This document shows positions 13,020 to 24,304 of a DNA stretch of 62,000 nucleotides, piece after piece; the first letter of the stretch is position 1, and each line of letters begins with the position of its first letter. The notes beneath the pieces were generated by a model. It saw nothing but the letters and a program-made list of their open reading frames with translations, searched no databases and was not told the DNA's origin. This DNA comes from Lama guanicoe (lineage: Eukaryota). The stretch covers positions 930,001 through 992,000 of the forward strand of contig MU054132.1 of the NCBI GenBank assembly GCA_013239625.1. The letters run 5' to 3'. Made by a program: the position numbers and the translations under genes.

Positions 13020-13145
13020 CTCTTCATTCTTTGTTGAAATTCGCTGACGAAAACTCACAGGCTTCTTGTTCTCATCCACCTCATAATCCTCTTCATTCAT
13101 CCACTCATTGAAAACATCAGTGTCCAAAATCCATCTTGCATGAAC
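13020..13145 (-). CDS. SMARCC1: SMARCC1 exon 9 (126 nt)
   Basis: ttttag|[42 protein letters not shown]|gtattt. Confidence 0.96.
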
Positions 13146-13424
13146 CTAAAACCACATCAAAGCATTAATATCTACATATATAATAAATCACTTCAGTTTT
13201 TACAGTATTCAGAATGAAAGAAGCCAATTTACTATTCTCAGTCTAAAATGCATAAAAGTTTAAAAATATAAGACTATTAAAGACATGTGAGTTGCAACCT
13301 AACCATTTCTAATTTGTATTCCTTGTCTTTTACCAAGTAAATAATACAAAAGCATCACTGGTTTTGTGTAGAGTAAGGTTTTGATAACTAAGACCCTTAA
13401 ATTTGATAATCATGTCATATTTTA

Positions 13425-13860
13425 AACTTTAGCTTTATTTAGGTATAACTGAAAAACAAACCAAGATGTTTAATGTGTACACTGTGGTGATCTGATTACG
13501 TACACACTGTGAAAGGATCCCCATTCCCCTGGGATTTAACACATCCATCATCTCACGTATTTATCTGTTTTGTATGTGCGTACACACAAAAGAACATTTA
13601 AAGCTACTCCCTTAGCAAATTTCAACTCTACAATACAGTGTTATTAACTATTATCACCATATTTGACCTTAGATCCTCAGATTTACTTCACCATACAGCT
13701 GAAAACTGATACCCTTTTACCAGCCTCACCCTGTTTCCCCTATCCCTCAATCCCTGGTAACCACTTTTCTACAGTTTCTAGGAGTTTGACTTTTTTTTTT
13801 AAGAGTCCACTTATAAGTGATACTGTATAGTATCTGTATTTCTCTGGCTTGTTTCACTAA
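13425..13860 (-). mobile_element. L1MA-type 3' end
   Basis: gctttatttaggtataactga...aacacatccatcatctcac...ccctggtaaccac...gtgatactgtatagtat. Confidence 0.7.
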
Positions 13861-14371
13861 TCATGGCTTCTGTATCATCACAAAAATCACTGACAAAAAA
13901 CATTGAAAAGCATAAGGCCAAAGTAAATCACTGCTTTAGGCATGAAGAATGGCTCTAGGTTTATGTATTCAACAACATTCTAAGCAATAATGAAAGAGGA
14001 CATTTACACAGACATGTCACCTGGCCCTGTCAAGTACACATGGCGCTCTATGGAGACCATTCAGGTCTCCTGGTCTTTATGGAGATCATCCAGGTCTATT
14101 TGTGCCAGGCACTCTGCTGAACATATTATATTACATATAATATGAGCTGATTTAATCCCCCTAAGAATGGGAAAGCAATGCAGGTTAGTCTCTCTAGTTT
14201 ACCAAATCTGCAAACTGGGGCAGAGTGTCAGCAAGCTGTCCAGTTACCTAACTAGAAGCAAAGCTTGGATCTGCACTGAGTTCTGTTTAAACTAAGCTCT
14301 TAAACCACTATCCTCTGTTATCTTTCTCATAAAAATACCTTATGGCCAGAATAATAGCTCCTATATGATTG

Positions 14372-14441
14372 AAGCATTATGCTGTACACTAGAAACTGAC
14401 ACAACATTGTAAACTGACTATACTTCAATTAAAAAAAAAAA
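14372..14441 (+). mobile_element. Short L1 3' end with polyA
   Basis: gctgtacactagaaactgacacaacattgtaaactgactatacttcaattaaaa. Confidence 0.75.
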
Positions 14442-14727
14442 GGTGAATGCAACTGTACGCGGCCAAATGAGGAGGGAAAAAAAGCAAACGTCCAAGCATA
14501 ATGGAGCACAGTGCAGATATGACCACCAAGGATTTCCAGAAAAGATTATCTAAGTGGAAAAAGCAAAGTATAAAGAGGGAAAAAAGAAAACATGCAAACA
14601 CTTGTGTTGACAAAAAGAAAAACAGAAAAGATAAACCAGAAAACACTAAGTTTGTTCTACAAAAAGTGGGGAGAATGGGATACAAAGAATACATAAAGAA
14701 GTATACATTCTTTAAGAAGCATTAGTA

Positions 14728-16197
14728 TAAAATGGTCACACTGCCCAAGGCAATCTACAGATTTAATGCAATTCCTATCCAATTACCCAGGACATATTTC
14801 ACAGAACTAGAACAAATCATAATAAAATTTATATGGAACCATCAAAGACCTAGAATTGCCAAAGCATTACTGAAGAGAAAGAAAGAGGCTGGAGGAATAA
14901 CTCTCCCAGACTTCAGACAATACTATAGAGCTATAGTCATCAAGACAGCATGGTATTGGTACCAAAACAGACATATAGACCAATGGAACAGAATAGAGAG
15001 CCCAGAAATGAACCCACAAACTTTTGGTCAACTCATCTTCGACAAAGGAGGCAAGAATATACAATGGAATAAAGACAGTCTCTTCAGCAAATGGTGTTGG
15101 GAAAACTGGACAGCAGCANNNNNNNNNNNNNNNNNNNNNNNNNNNNNNNNNNNNNNNNNNNNNNNNNNNNNNNNNNNNNNNNNNNNNNNNNNNNNNNNNN
15201 NNNNNNNNNNNNNNNNNNNNNNNNNNNNNNNNNNNNNNNNNNNNNNNNNNNNNNNNNNNNNNNNNNNNNNNNNNNNNNNNNNNNNNNNNNNNNNNNNNNN
15301 NNNNNNNNNNNNNNNNNNNNNNNNNNNNNNNNNNNNNNNNNNNNNNNNNNNNNNNNNNNNNNNNNNNNNNNNNNNNNNNNNNNNNNNNNNNNNNNNNNNN
15401 NNNNNNNNNNNNNNNNNNNNNNNNNNNNNNNNNNNNNNNNNNNNNNNNNNNNNNNNNNNNNNNNNNNNNNNNNNNNNNNNNNNNNNNNNNNNNNNNNNNN
15501 NNNNNNNNNNNNNNNNNNNNNNNNNNNNNNNNNNNNNNNNNNNNNNNNNNNNNNNNNNNNNNNNNNNNNNNNNNNNNNNNNNNNNNNNNNNNNNNNNNNN
15601 NNNNNNNNNNNNNNNNNNNNNNNNNNNNNNNNNNNNNNNNNNNNNNNNNNNNNNNNNNNNNNNNNNNNNNNNNNNNNNNNNNNNNNNNNNNNNNNNNNNN
15701 NNNNNNNNNNNNNNNNNNNNNNNNNNNNNNNNNNNNNNNNNNNNNNNNNNNNNNNNNNNNNNNNNNNNNNNNNNNNNNNNNNNNNNNNNNNNNNNNNNNN
15801 NNNNNNNNNNNNNNNNNNNNNNNNNNNNNNNNNNNNNNNNNNNNNNNNNNNNNNNNNNNNNNNNNNNNNNNNNNNNNNNNNNNNNNNNNNNNNNNNNNNN
15901 NNNNNNNNNNNNNNNNNNNNNNNNNNNNNNNNNNNNNNNNNNGGGAAGGGATAGACTGGGATTTCAAAATTGTAGAATAGATAAACAAGATTACACTGTA
16001 TAGCACAGGGAAATATACACAAAATGTTATGATAAATCACAGAGAAAAAAAGTGACAATGAGTGTGTATATGTCCATGAATGACTGAAAAATTGTGCTGA
16101 ACACTGGAATTTGACACAATATTGTAAAATGATTATAAATCAATAAAAAATGTTAAAAAATAAATAAATAAATAAAATGGACAAACCAGAAAAAAAA
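14728..16197 (+). mobile_element. Young 5'-truncated LINE-1 (ORF2 C-terminal part + 3' UTR + polyA), gapped
   Basis: Open ORF2 segment ([13 protein letters not shown]...KWCWENW). Perfect 14-bp TSD aagaagcattagta at 14714-14727 and 16198-16211; TT|AAGA endonuclease-type site. Confidence 0.93.
15119..15942. other. Assembly gap (824 N) inside a young L1
   Basis: Run of N flanked by L1 ORF2 on the left and L1 3' UTR on the right. Confidence 0.99.
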
Positions 16198-16219
16198 AAG
16201 AAGCATTAGTAGAACTCTC

Positions 16220-18270
16220 TATATTCAAAATATAAAATTAAATCAATTTGGATGGAAGATAGAGAGGAAACATCAAAACTGAAAACAAACAAAAAGATAA
16301 ATTCAACTGTACTTCAAACAAGTAACAAACTCACTTTGGAGGAAAAAAAAGAGTTCATCACAATAACTCACGAATGCACTATTTGCCAATATATGACATA
16401 CCCTCAGTCTTGGGTGGGGAGGGGGAGGGGGAAACCACAAACATTTCTTGCATTCTTTTAATATTTTTGTTTATGACAGTGGCATGGGCAAAACAATTCT
16501 GAAACTAATTTAAATATACTAATAGAATGAGTAAATGTGTTAATGTTGGGATCCAGGGTTCTTACTCTGGGAGAAGAGACATATAGATATGGAATGGGGA
16601 GGGCAAAGAACACTCTGGGGATGGATAGGAACTGAAGGTTATCTATATGGCCTCATCAGTTCTAAAATATGTACATTATGTGTATATGCATGTGTATGTG
16701 TACATGAGAATGTCTGTGTTTATACACTCGTAGTAGCTATATTTCAAAATTCTCCGAACAGAAAGAACCTAAGAGCAAAGACATTTCAGTAGCAGTGAGC
16801 ATAATACCAGTACCCAAATCTTGGTCTCTAATACCTTTTCCTACTAAAAGAAATCAGAGATCCTCAGAGAAACAGCTGATTCTAGGCAAGAGAAATGGAT
16901 AGTATCAGATGAACCTGGAATATCCTGCTATGCCCCAAGGAGATGCTCAAAAATGACAAGCGCTTGTCACAAGAATGACAAGCAGTTTGAAGGGGACCCT
17001 AGTGGCCAAATATGAAACTACAGCACAAGACATTGAAGCAATGAATTACTGACCACTGAAAAATTAGAACTTTATGAATCTACACTAACAACAGACAGAT
17101 GAATAAATAAGTAAATGAAGGGAAAAGAAGGGCTCTTGCTTACAAGAGAACTCTGAAAGCCAACTGGTAAATGTGGAGGGAAGGGCTGGAGTGGAAAATT
17201 ACTGCTGTGTAATCATCAAAGAAAAGGCTGGTTCAGGAAAGAATTGTAAGTGGATGCTAAAACCGGATGATGGATGGAGGATTTTGATGAGCGGAAGGGT
17301 ATCTGCATGATCTAAAAGAATCTTTCAGAAATTGCTTGCAAGCTGTAAATTGGTGGGGGAAGGGGGGTAATTAATAGTGGAGCCATCAGAGAACACCTTA
17401 ACTGGGTGATTAAGATCACCAATGAGGGGGCAGATGGACACAGCATGCCTCCCAATATGATGCCAAGAGAAGGACACAGCATCACTAGTGCAGCATTCTG
17501 ACTAGAATTAGAATGCACACCCTGAATCAGCCACGAGGAAAGATCAGAAGTTCCAAATGAGAAGTATTCTTTTGAAATTCAAAAGCGTTGTAAAAGGCAA
17601 GGAAACACCATGGTAATATTTCAGGTTAAAGCAATCTAAAGTGACATGACATAGGAATTCAATAGCTGATATCAGACAGGATTATATAACAGGAAAAAAT
17701 GTTATCAAAAACATTACTGGAATATGAACAGTAGACTAAAGTATCATGTCAATGTTACATTTAATGAATTTGATAACTATACTGTGCTTACATATGAGGA
17801 TTTCTTATTCTTAACACACACATGTTTAGGAGTAAAGGCCTATTACATATGCATCTTTGTCTCACATGTTTCAAAAATATATATATAAATACACTTTGAG
17901 TATAAATGATAAATCAAACAGAGTAAAATGTTAACAGGCAAATCTGGCTAAAGGGTATACAAATGTGCCATGTAGTATTATTCTTCTTACAACTTTTCTG
18001 TAAGTTTAAAATTTATTTCCAAATTAAAAGTTTGTTTTTTAAAAAAAGACTAATTTTTATTAATCTCATTCTCATATGTAATATGAAGCTCAAAGGCTAT
18101 CTTTCTGAAGAGGAAGTGGGACACTTAGTGAAAATGGAATATGGGTCTTGTATCAGGTAATAAATTGTTTCAGTAACAATAAGGGAATCTGAAAGAAGAG
18201 TATAAAACAGTACTTTGTTTTATATTATTCTTGCAACTTTCAAAATTATTTCCAAATTGAAAGTTGAGAA
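16220..18270 (+). mobile_element. Old L1MC/L1MD-type 3' UTR
   Basis: gcagtgagca...cccaaatcttggtctctaatacc; caccttaactgggtgattaag; caacttttctgtaagtttaaaatt. Confidence 0.65.
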
Positions 18271-18488
18271 ACAAGAGTAGATACATAGACTCTTACCATT
18301 ACAATAGAAATGATAAGATACATCTATGTCATAATAAAAGCCATGCAGACACTGCTTCCAGCCTTCCTAAATGACATCGTCAATGACAGTCAACTCCACT
18401 CCTAACACTCCTCTTTCAAGCCACAGTCTAACTTGGCTTTGGGGTCTCAATCATCATTGCAGACATCTCATCTAAAACCCAGATAACA

Positions 18489-18623
18489 GGGGGGAGGGTA
18501 TAGCGCTAGTGGTAGAGCACACACCTAGCATGACAAGGTCCTGGGTTCAATCCCTAGTATCTTCATAAAAAAATAAATAAATCCAATTATCACCCCCTCA
18601 AAAAAGAAAAGAAAACAAACAAA
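18489..18623 (+). mobile_element. Vic-1-like tRNA-derived SINE
   Basis: Same head and tail; TSD cagataac at 18480-18487 and 18624-18631. Confidence 0.85.
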
Positions 18624-18781
18624 CAGATAACGAGGTCTTCAAACCCACAGATATCTCTCAACAGAATGACAAGAAAGGAGGGTCATTATTCATATATCCT
18701 TAAAGCATTCTTGTGGAGAACAGCTAAGAAGAGCTATTAAGTTACATAAGGATAAATTTTGTTATAAAAAGGATTTTTCAC

Positions 18782-18857
18782 CTTCCATGGCTTCTCTGCA
18801 ATTGGTGGATCTTCAATTTCTGCATCAACATCATTACTATGGACCCAAGTATCGTAG
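18782..18857 (-). CDS. SMARCC1: SMARCC1 exon 8 (76 nt)
   Basis: ttatag|(S)YDTWVHSNDVDAEIEDPPIAEKPWK|gtgaaa. Confidence 0.96.
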
Positions 18858-19094
18858 CTATAAAGAAAATGCAAAAAGGTAAAACAAATTAGAATCCAAA
18901 TTCATTCACTAAAAATAAAAAGACTTCTATCAAGAGGCAAAAATATATTTTAGAAATACTATTAGGATCCAGTAATAGCAAATTATCATCTACTTTTGTC
19001 TAACAGTCTGCAAAGAAAACTCTTCTGTAAAGGTCTACTGTAATCCTCACACTGTAAAACCCAAGTTTTAAGTCTCAGTCCCCAGAATTTTAAC

Positions 19095-20030
19095 AAGTTG
19101 ACCACTCCCTTACCTGGCCTCTGAGACAGTACTATCACCTGTTCCTTCTAGTCACTAGCCTCTCCTCAGTCTCCATTGCCAGTTTCTCCTCTTCTCCCAA
19201 ATCTCTTCAACACTGGAAGGCCCCAGGTTTCAGTCTTTGGAACAATCCTCTTACCTATTCATTCTCTTGATGATCATCTCATGTAAGCCTTATGGCTTCA
19301 AATATATACTGATGACTTGAAATCTTATAACTGCCCTCTTTTCTGAATTCTGTACTCATGAATTCAACTGTCAATAATTTCACATCTCTTTTTTGTCTAA
19401 TAAAGTTTTCATCCCTTACACACTCAAAATTCAACATATAATGCCATCCCGACCCCAATACTGTGCTCTAGCCAATCATCCTCATCTCAGGAAATGCCAC
19501 CTCCATCCTTTCAACTGTTATGGCCCAAATCCTTGGAAGACATCCCTGATTTCACTCTCAATCACATCCTATAATCAAACCATCCACTACTTCTACCAGT
19601 TCCACCTTCAAAATATGTCCAGAATCTATCTACTTCTCACCTTTCCATTTTGGCCCAAAGCCCTGGGAGCCGACTTTCCACACAGCAACTAAAGAGATCC
19701 TTTTGAAAACTAAGTTCACATTACTCCACTGCTCAAAATCTTCCAACTCCCACCTAACTCAGAGTTAAAGTCAAAATCCTTCCAGCAGTTTGCCAAGGCC
19801 TCACAATCTGGTCCTATGACCTATCTCCTAGCACTCTTCCCTCACTCATGTTATATTAAAGCCACATGGGCTCTAGTGGTGCTCTTTAAACATGCCAGGC
19901 AGTGTCCACTTCATGCCCTTTACATAGATATCCATATAGCTCACTCCCTCACATCTTTAACATCTCTTTGCTCAAAGGTTCTCTTATCAGTGAAATTCCA
20001 CTCACTGATATAAATCACTTCCCCTACTCC
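19095..20030 (+). mobile_element. LINE-2 remnant
   Basis: ttgaccactccct...ccaccttcaaaatatgtccagaatc...ctccactgctcaaaatcttcc...cactccctcac. Confidence 0.7.
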
Positions 20031-20914
20031 ACGATTCTGAAATAAGCATAAAATTGCTTACCAAATTAAAATTTTGTCAATGCTACTGTACTAGCCAAAT
20101 ACCACTAAACTGGACAATAAATTATAAAAGCAAGTCATATCTAAATGAAATATGAGTATAGTTACAAGCGGTGATTTCCTTTAGCCACTTCTCAGAAGTT
20201 AGTTCAAAGGCATTTGGAACAAGCACAGCTCTACAGACCTATTAATAGTACCCTGCTAAGTTTTCTAGGAACACTTAAACATGACCTGAAGGGAAAAAGT
20301 GTCTTTGCCAATTAATTAACTATACCAGATAAAGATTACAATGGTGATTTTTAAAATTGATAACCTTATATTTTTAAGTCTTGACTAAAGGTGGACATGA
20401 GGGCACAAACTACAGTTAATAAAGAAGTGAACAAGGCCCCTTGAGAAGACAAGACGAGAGCTAACCACTGCATCTTATTTGATACATAAAGTCAGCAAAC
20501 AGGCTGACAAGTCTAATAATGTGTTATTATAAAATTTATTTCAATCCTATATGTATATTGCTTGTCATCTTAAATTTGAATTTCCATCTAAGTGTTTCAA
20601 AGGGCAAACTAATTTCCCAAAATAATTCCTATAATATTGAAAAGTTTGTTTTAATAGCACCATGGATACTTATAGACTAGAGATAAATGTTTTCTAGAAA
20701 GCATTTACTTAAATGTTATTATTTTAAAAAACTGTTCAATTATGATTCAGAAAAGGTTGATTAGCAAGCTGACTTGATTTGATCCTAATTAACTCAACTT
20801 GTATAAAGACTGTCAATATGTTCTTAAAACTTTGAATATATCTAAAGATGTATTTCCTTCCTTAAAAAATATATTTACAAGTAAAATAAAGTCACTGAAA
20901 CAAATCGATTTAAA

Positions 20915-21480
20915 AACAGCACATGACCAGACATTATGTGTCTCCTGATGAAGAACACATATCTACGCAAGTCTTGTTCCTTCCCTAAAATGAAACAGAT
21001 GCTGATCAACTCTAGATCCAGAAACTAGAGAAGTATGTTCAAATATACCACAGTGATGCTGTAAAAAAATCCCACACTGTGGTAAACTCTACAGGACAAA
21101 CAACCCAGTTTCTTAAATAATATACTGCAGAGAGGGGAGAGTTGGGGGTGGAGAAGAGAGAGGGAGGATCTATCAACTGAAAAATACTTAAGAAATATAT
21201 CAACTAATTACAAGATGTACTTGAATTCTAATTTCAGCAAATATCAATCAATCAAATGTATCAAATGACAACAATGACTAGATATTTGATACTAAGTCAT
21301 TGTTAATTTTTTTAAGTATGACAATTATATTATACTTACTTAAAAAAATTAGTCCTTATTTTCAGAAATATGTATTGAAATATTTATTACTGAAATACTG
21401 AAATGATATGTTTGGGATCTGCTTCCAATAATACGATAAGGCTAGAAGTGGATTTGGATACAAGGGAAGGAGACTGGTCT
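20915..21480 (+). mobile_element. Old L1ME/MC-type 3' UTR
   Basis: Similar layout to 35340-35880 (tctagatc, ctacaggacaaacaacccagtttctt, gatatgtttgggatctgcttc). Confidence 0.55.
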
Positions 21481-22122
21481 GACATGAAAAATGGAGACTT
21501 TCCATTTGAACAGTGAAAGAACACTTAAACAGCTCTACTATAGGTTTAAAAGATGAAGTATATGGAAAGTTATCCATATTCCTAAATGCCTTTTGTGGGC
21601 ATAATACTAATTAAATAAGAACCACTATTTTCACTGACATTTGTTCTTGTTTAAATTGTTTATTATTCACATTTAGAAACCAAAATACAGTTTGAGTTTT
21701 ATATACACATATATACATACATACACATCATTTTAGACGTAAAATAATTTCATCCTTAACAGAATGGCATGAGTATTTTCTAAAAAAACAAATGAAACTA
21801 ACCAGTCGTAAAATATTTATGTGGAACTTTCATTTCTTAAAGAAAACAAATCAAAATTAGCAGTCTAATACCATACTGAAGGACTGTTTTGGCAAACACA
21901 GCAAACCTATCATTTTATTAAGAGAAATAAAGCCATATGACTTCACTGAATTCCATAACTTAATAAATAAGAAAGTCAGTAAGAGAAGACTCAAAAAAAC
22001 TGAATTCAATGACTAAAACAAATCAACAAAATTGTCACTATTCAGAAACTGAAACTATATATAAATAATTCTCACTGGCAATAAAAATCTTTATACCAGA
22101 TCTCAGGACACAGCAACGTTAC

Positions 22123-22192
22123 CTGTCTGGGTAAAACCCCCAATGCACTAACACCTGCTTGTCTTTTCTCATCACAGGTCTCAACCACTCTT
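22123..22192 (-). CDS. SMARCC1: SMARCC1 exon 7 (70 nt)
   Basis: tttcag|(E)[22 protein letters not shown](S)|gtaacg; chromodomain-like segment. Confidence 0.96.
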
Positions 22193-23299
22193 CTGAAAAA
22201 GAAAAAGAAACAACTTTAGCCAATCTGACAAAATAAATGAATAAACTATTATTTAGACTTAATTTTCACCTAGAGTTTTTGGTTTGCTAATAAGCCCCTC
22301 CCAAAAATATTTCTACATAATTGAATATTATTTACCATATTAAGGGGAAGTTTTTCTGCTGTGTATTTAGACTTACTAGATTCTAGGCCTACTGTGCATC
22401 ACTCTTGACAAAACTACCCATTGCAGTAAAAATATTCTCCCTTTCCAACCACCTGACGGTTTGTCTCCAAACCCACCCAAATCAAGATCACTATATTCTT
22501 TACTGCCTCATTTCCCATATACAGCCTGTTCTACCATTTTCTGTGAAGCTTTGCAATTAATATACATCTTTTAAAGGTGTAAACTGCACCTCATCTCCTT
22601 GATGAAAGTTTTACCAACTAGTCTTCTTTCTCCAGATTCACGTTCTCTGGTATCTTATAGTACTTTACAGTGCTACATGAAAGCTTTTACCAATATTATT
22701 TTTATTATTCTTTAAGTGCTTTCTATCTGTTAATGTAGCCCTCCCAACAATAGTGTAAGCAATATTATCATATAATGTAGATTTTTTTAATGTAGATTTT
22801 TTTATTTCAAGTTTCCTTACCAAAGATAGGTACAAATTTATGTAATCAGATGATTCTTACTGATTTTAATCGTAGTTGAATTATATCTACCTTTTAATAC
22901 TTGTTACAATTTCTTTGGTAGTTTAAATTTGCCTTAGAAAACTTCTTTCTAGTACTATGAGGGAATTAATGAAGTAAGCCCCTTGAAACCCAAGAAATAG
23001 CAAAACAGAAAAACTAAGGGAAATCAGCTAAGTAAAACTGGCTTCTCATTGCTGATTTCAACATGAAACAGCCCGAGCTTCACTGACTAAAGCCATGAAA
23101 TTCACATGCCTATGCTCTTTTTTAAGCATCCAGCTGCTTACCTTACTATCTTGAAAGAAAATGAAAAAGAAGAAATCAGGCCGTATTCCTTAACCTGATA
23201 TCCCAAGATGGCCAACGAAAAAGTGAAGAGGCCAGAAGGCCTTTCAGAAATCAATCAGTATAAACAAAATATACAATTCTCTAGTAACAGTTGCCTTTT

Positions 23300-23411
23300 A
23301 TTTATTTATTTACTTAAATTGAAGTACAGTCAGTTACAATATGTCAACTTCTGGTGTACAGCACAATGCCCCAGTCATGCACATACATACATATATTCGT
23401 TTTCATATTCT
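23300..23411 (-). mobile_element. Short L1 3' end, sense to SMARCC1
   Basis: ttgaagtacagtcagttacaat...ctggtgtacagc; degenerate TSD aacagttgcctttt / aagagctgcctttt followed by AA. Confidence 0.75.
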
Positions 23412-23649
23412 AAGAGCTGCCTTTTAAAGTACTAAATCTCAAAGTCTATGCCACTTTAGGAGCTAAAGAAAAAAAAGATATCCATCCTTTCTACAGCTAA
23501 TTTTTATAGAAAGAGAATATGGCACTGATTGCCTTTGAAAATTTTCCCAGTAGCAGAAATAACTAAAGATTAGAGATGTAAATTTATATTCTTTCCAGGG
23601 ATGATAAGCTATACAGAATCAATTTAAAAACTACAATTTTACAAGTAAA

Positions 23650-24300
23650 TATTAGCCCATAGTCAGAACATATAAATAGCTCTTACAACTCAACAATAAA
23701 AAGGCAAATAATCCAACCAAAGGATCTGAAGAGACATCTCTCCAAAAAAGACATACAAATGGCCAAAAAATAGCACTTAGAATCATTAACAATTAGGGAA
23801 ATGTAAATCAAAATCACAAAAAGAAACTGTCTGACACTCATTAGAGCAAGGCTGATATAAAAAAATAAGAAATAAAAACTGTTGATAAGGATGTAGCAAA
23901 ATTGGTATCTTCACATAATGCTGATAGGATTGTAAAATGCTACAGCCACTTTGGGGAACAGGTTGAAATCTGAAAATGAAATCTGAAAATGTTTAACTAG
24001 AGTTGCCCATATGACTCAGCAATTCAGTGTCTAGGTATAAACAAGAGAATTGGAAACACATGTCCACACAACTCCTACACAAATGATCATAATGGTGTTA
24101 CTTATAAATAAATGTTCATCGTATAAGTCCATGAATGACTGAAAAATTGTGCTGAACACTGGAATTTGACACAACATTGTAAAATGATTATAAATCAATA
24201 AAAAATGTTAAAAAAAATGTTCATCAACTTTCGACTGGCTAAACAAAAGGTGATCTATTCATACAACAGAATGTTATTTTGGCCATAAAAGGGAATTAAC
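23650..24300 (+). mobile_element. Old L1 ORF2 3' region
   Basis: acaactcaacaataaaaaggcaaataatcca...catatgactcagcaattc...gccataaaaggga. Confidence 0.75.
24121..24214 (+). mobile_element. Very short young L1 3' end nested in an older L1
   Basis: Near-identical to the 3' tails at 16070-16160 and 33805-33897; 11-bp TSD aaatgttcatc at 24110-24120 and 24215-24225. Confidence 0.9.
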
Positions 24301-24304
24301 ATGA

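Noticed and set aside
14732..16058. Long ORFs of 287-423 aa in the ORF track
   Set aside because: Artefacts of translating through the 824-N gap; the real part is L1 ORF2.
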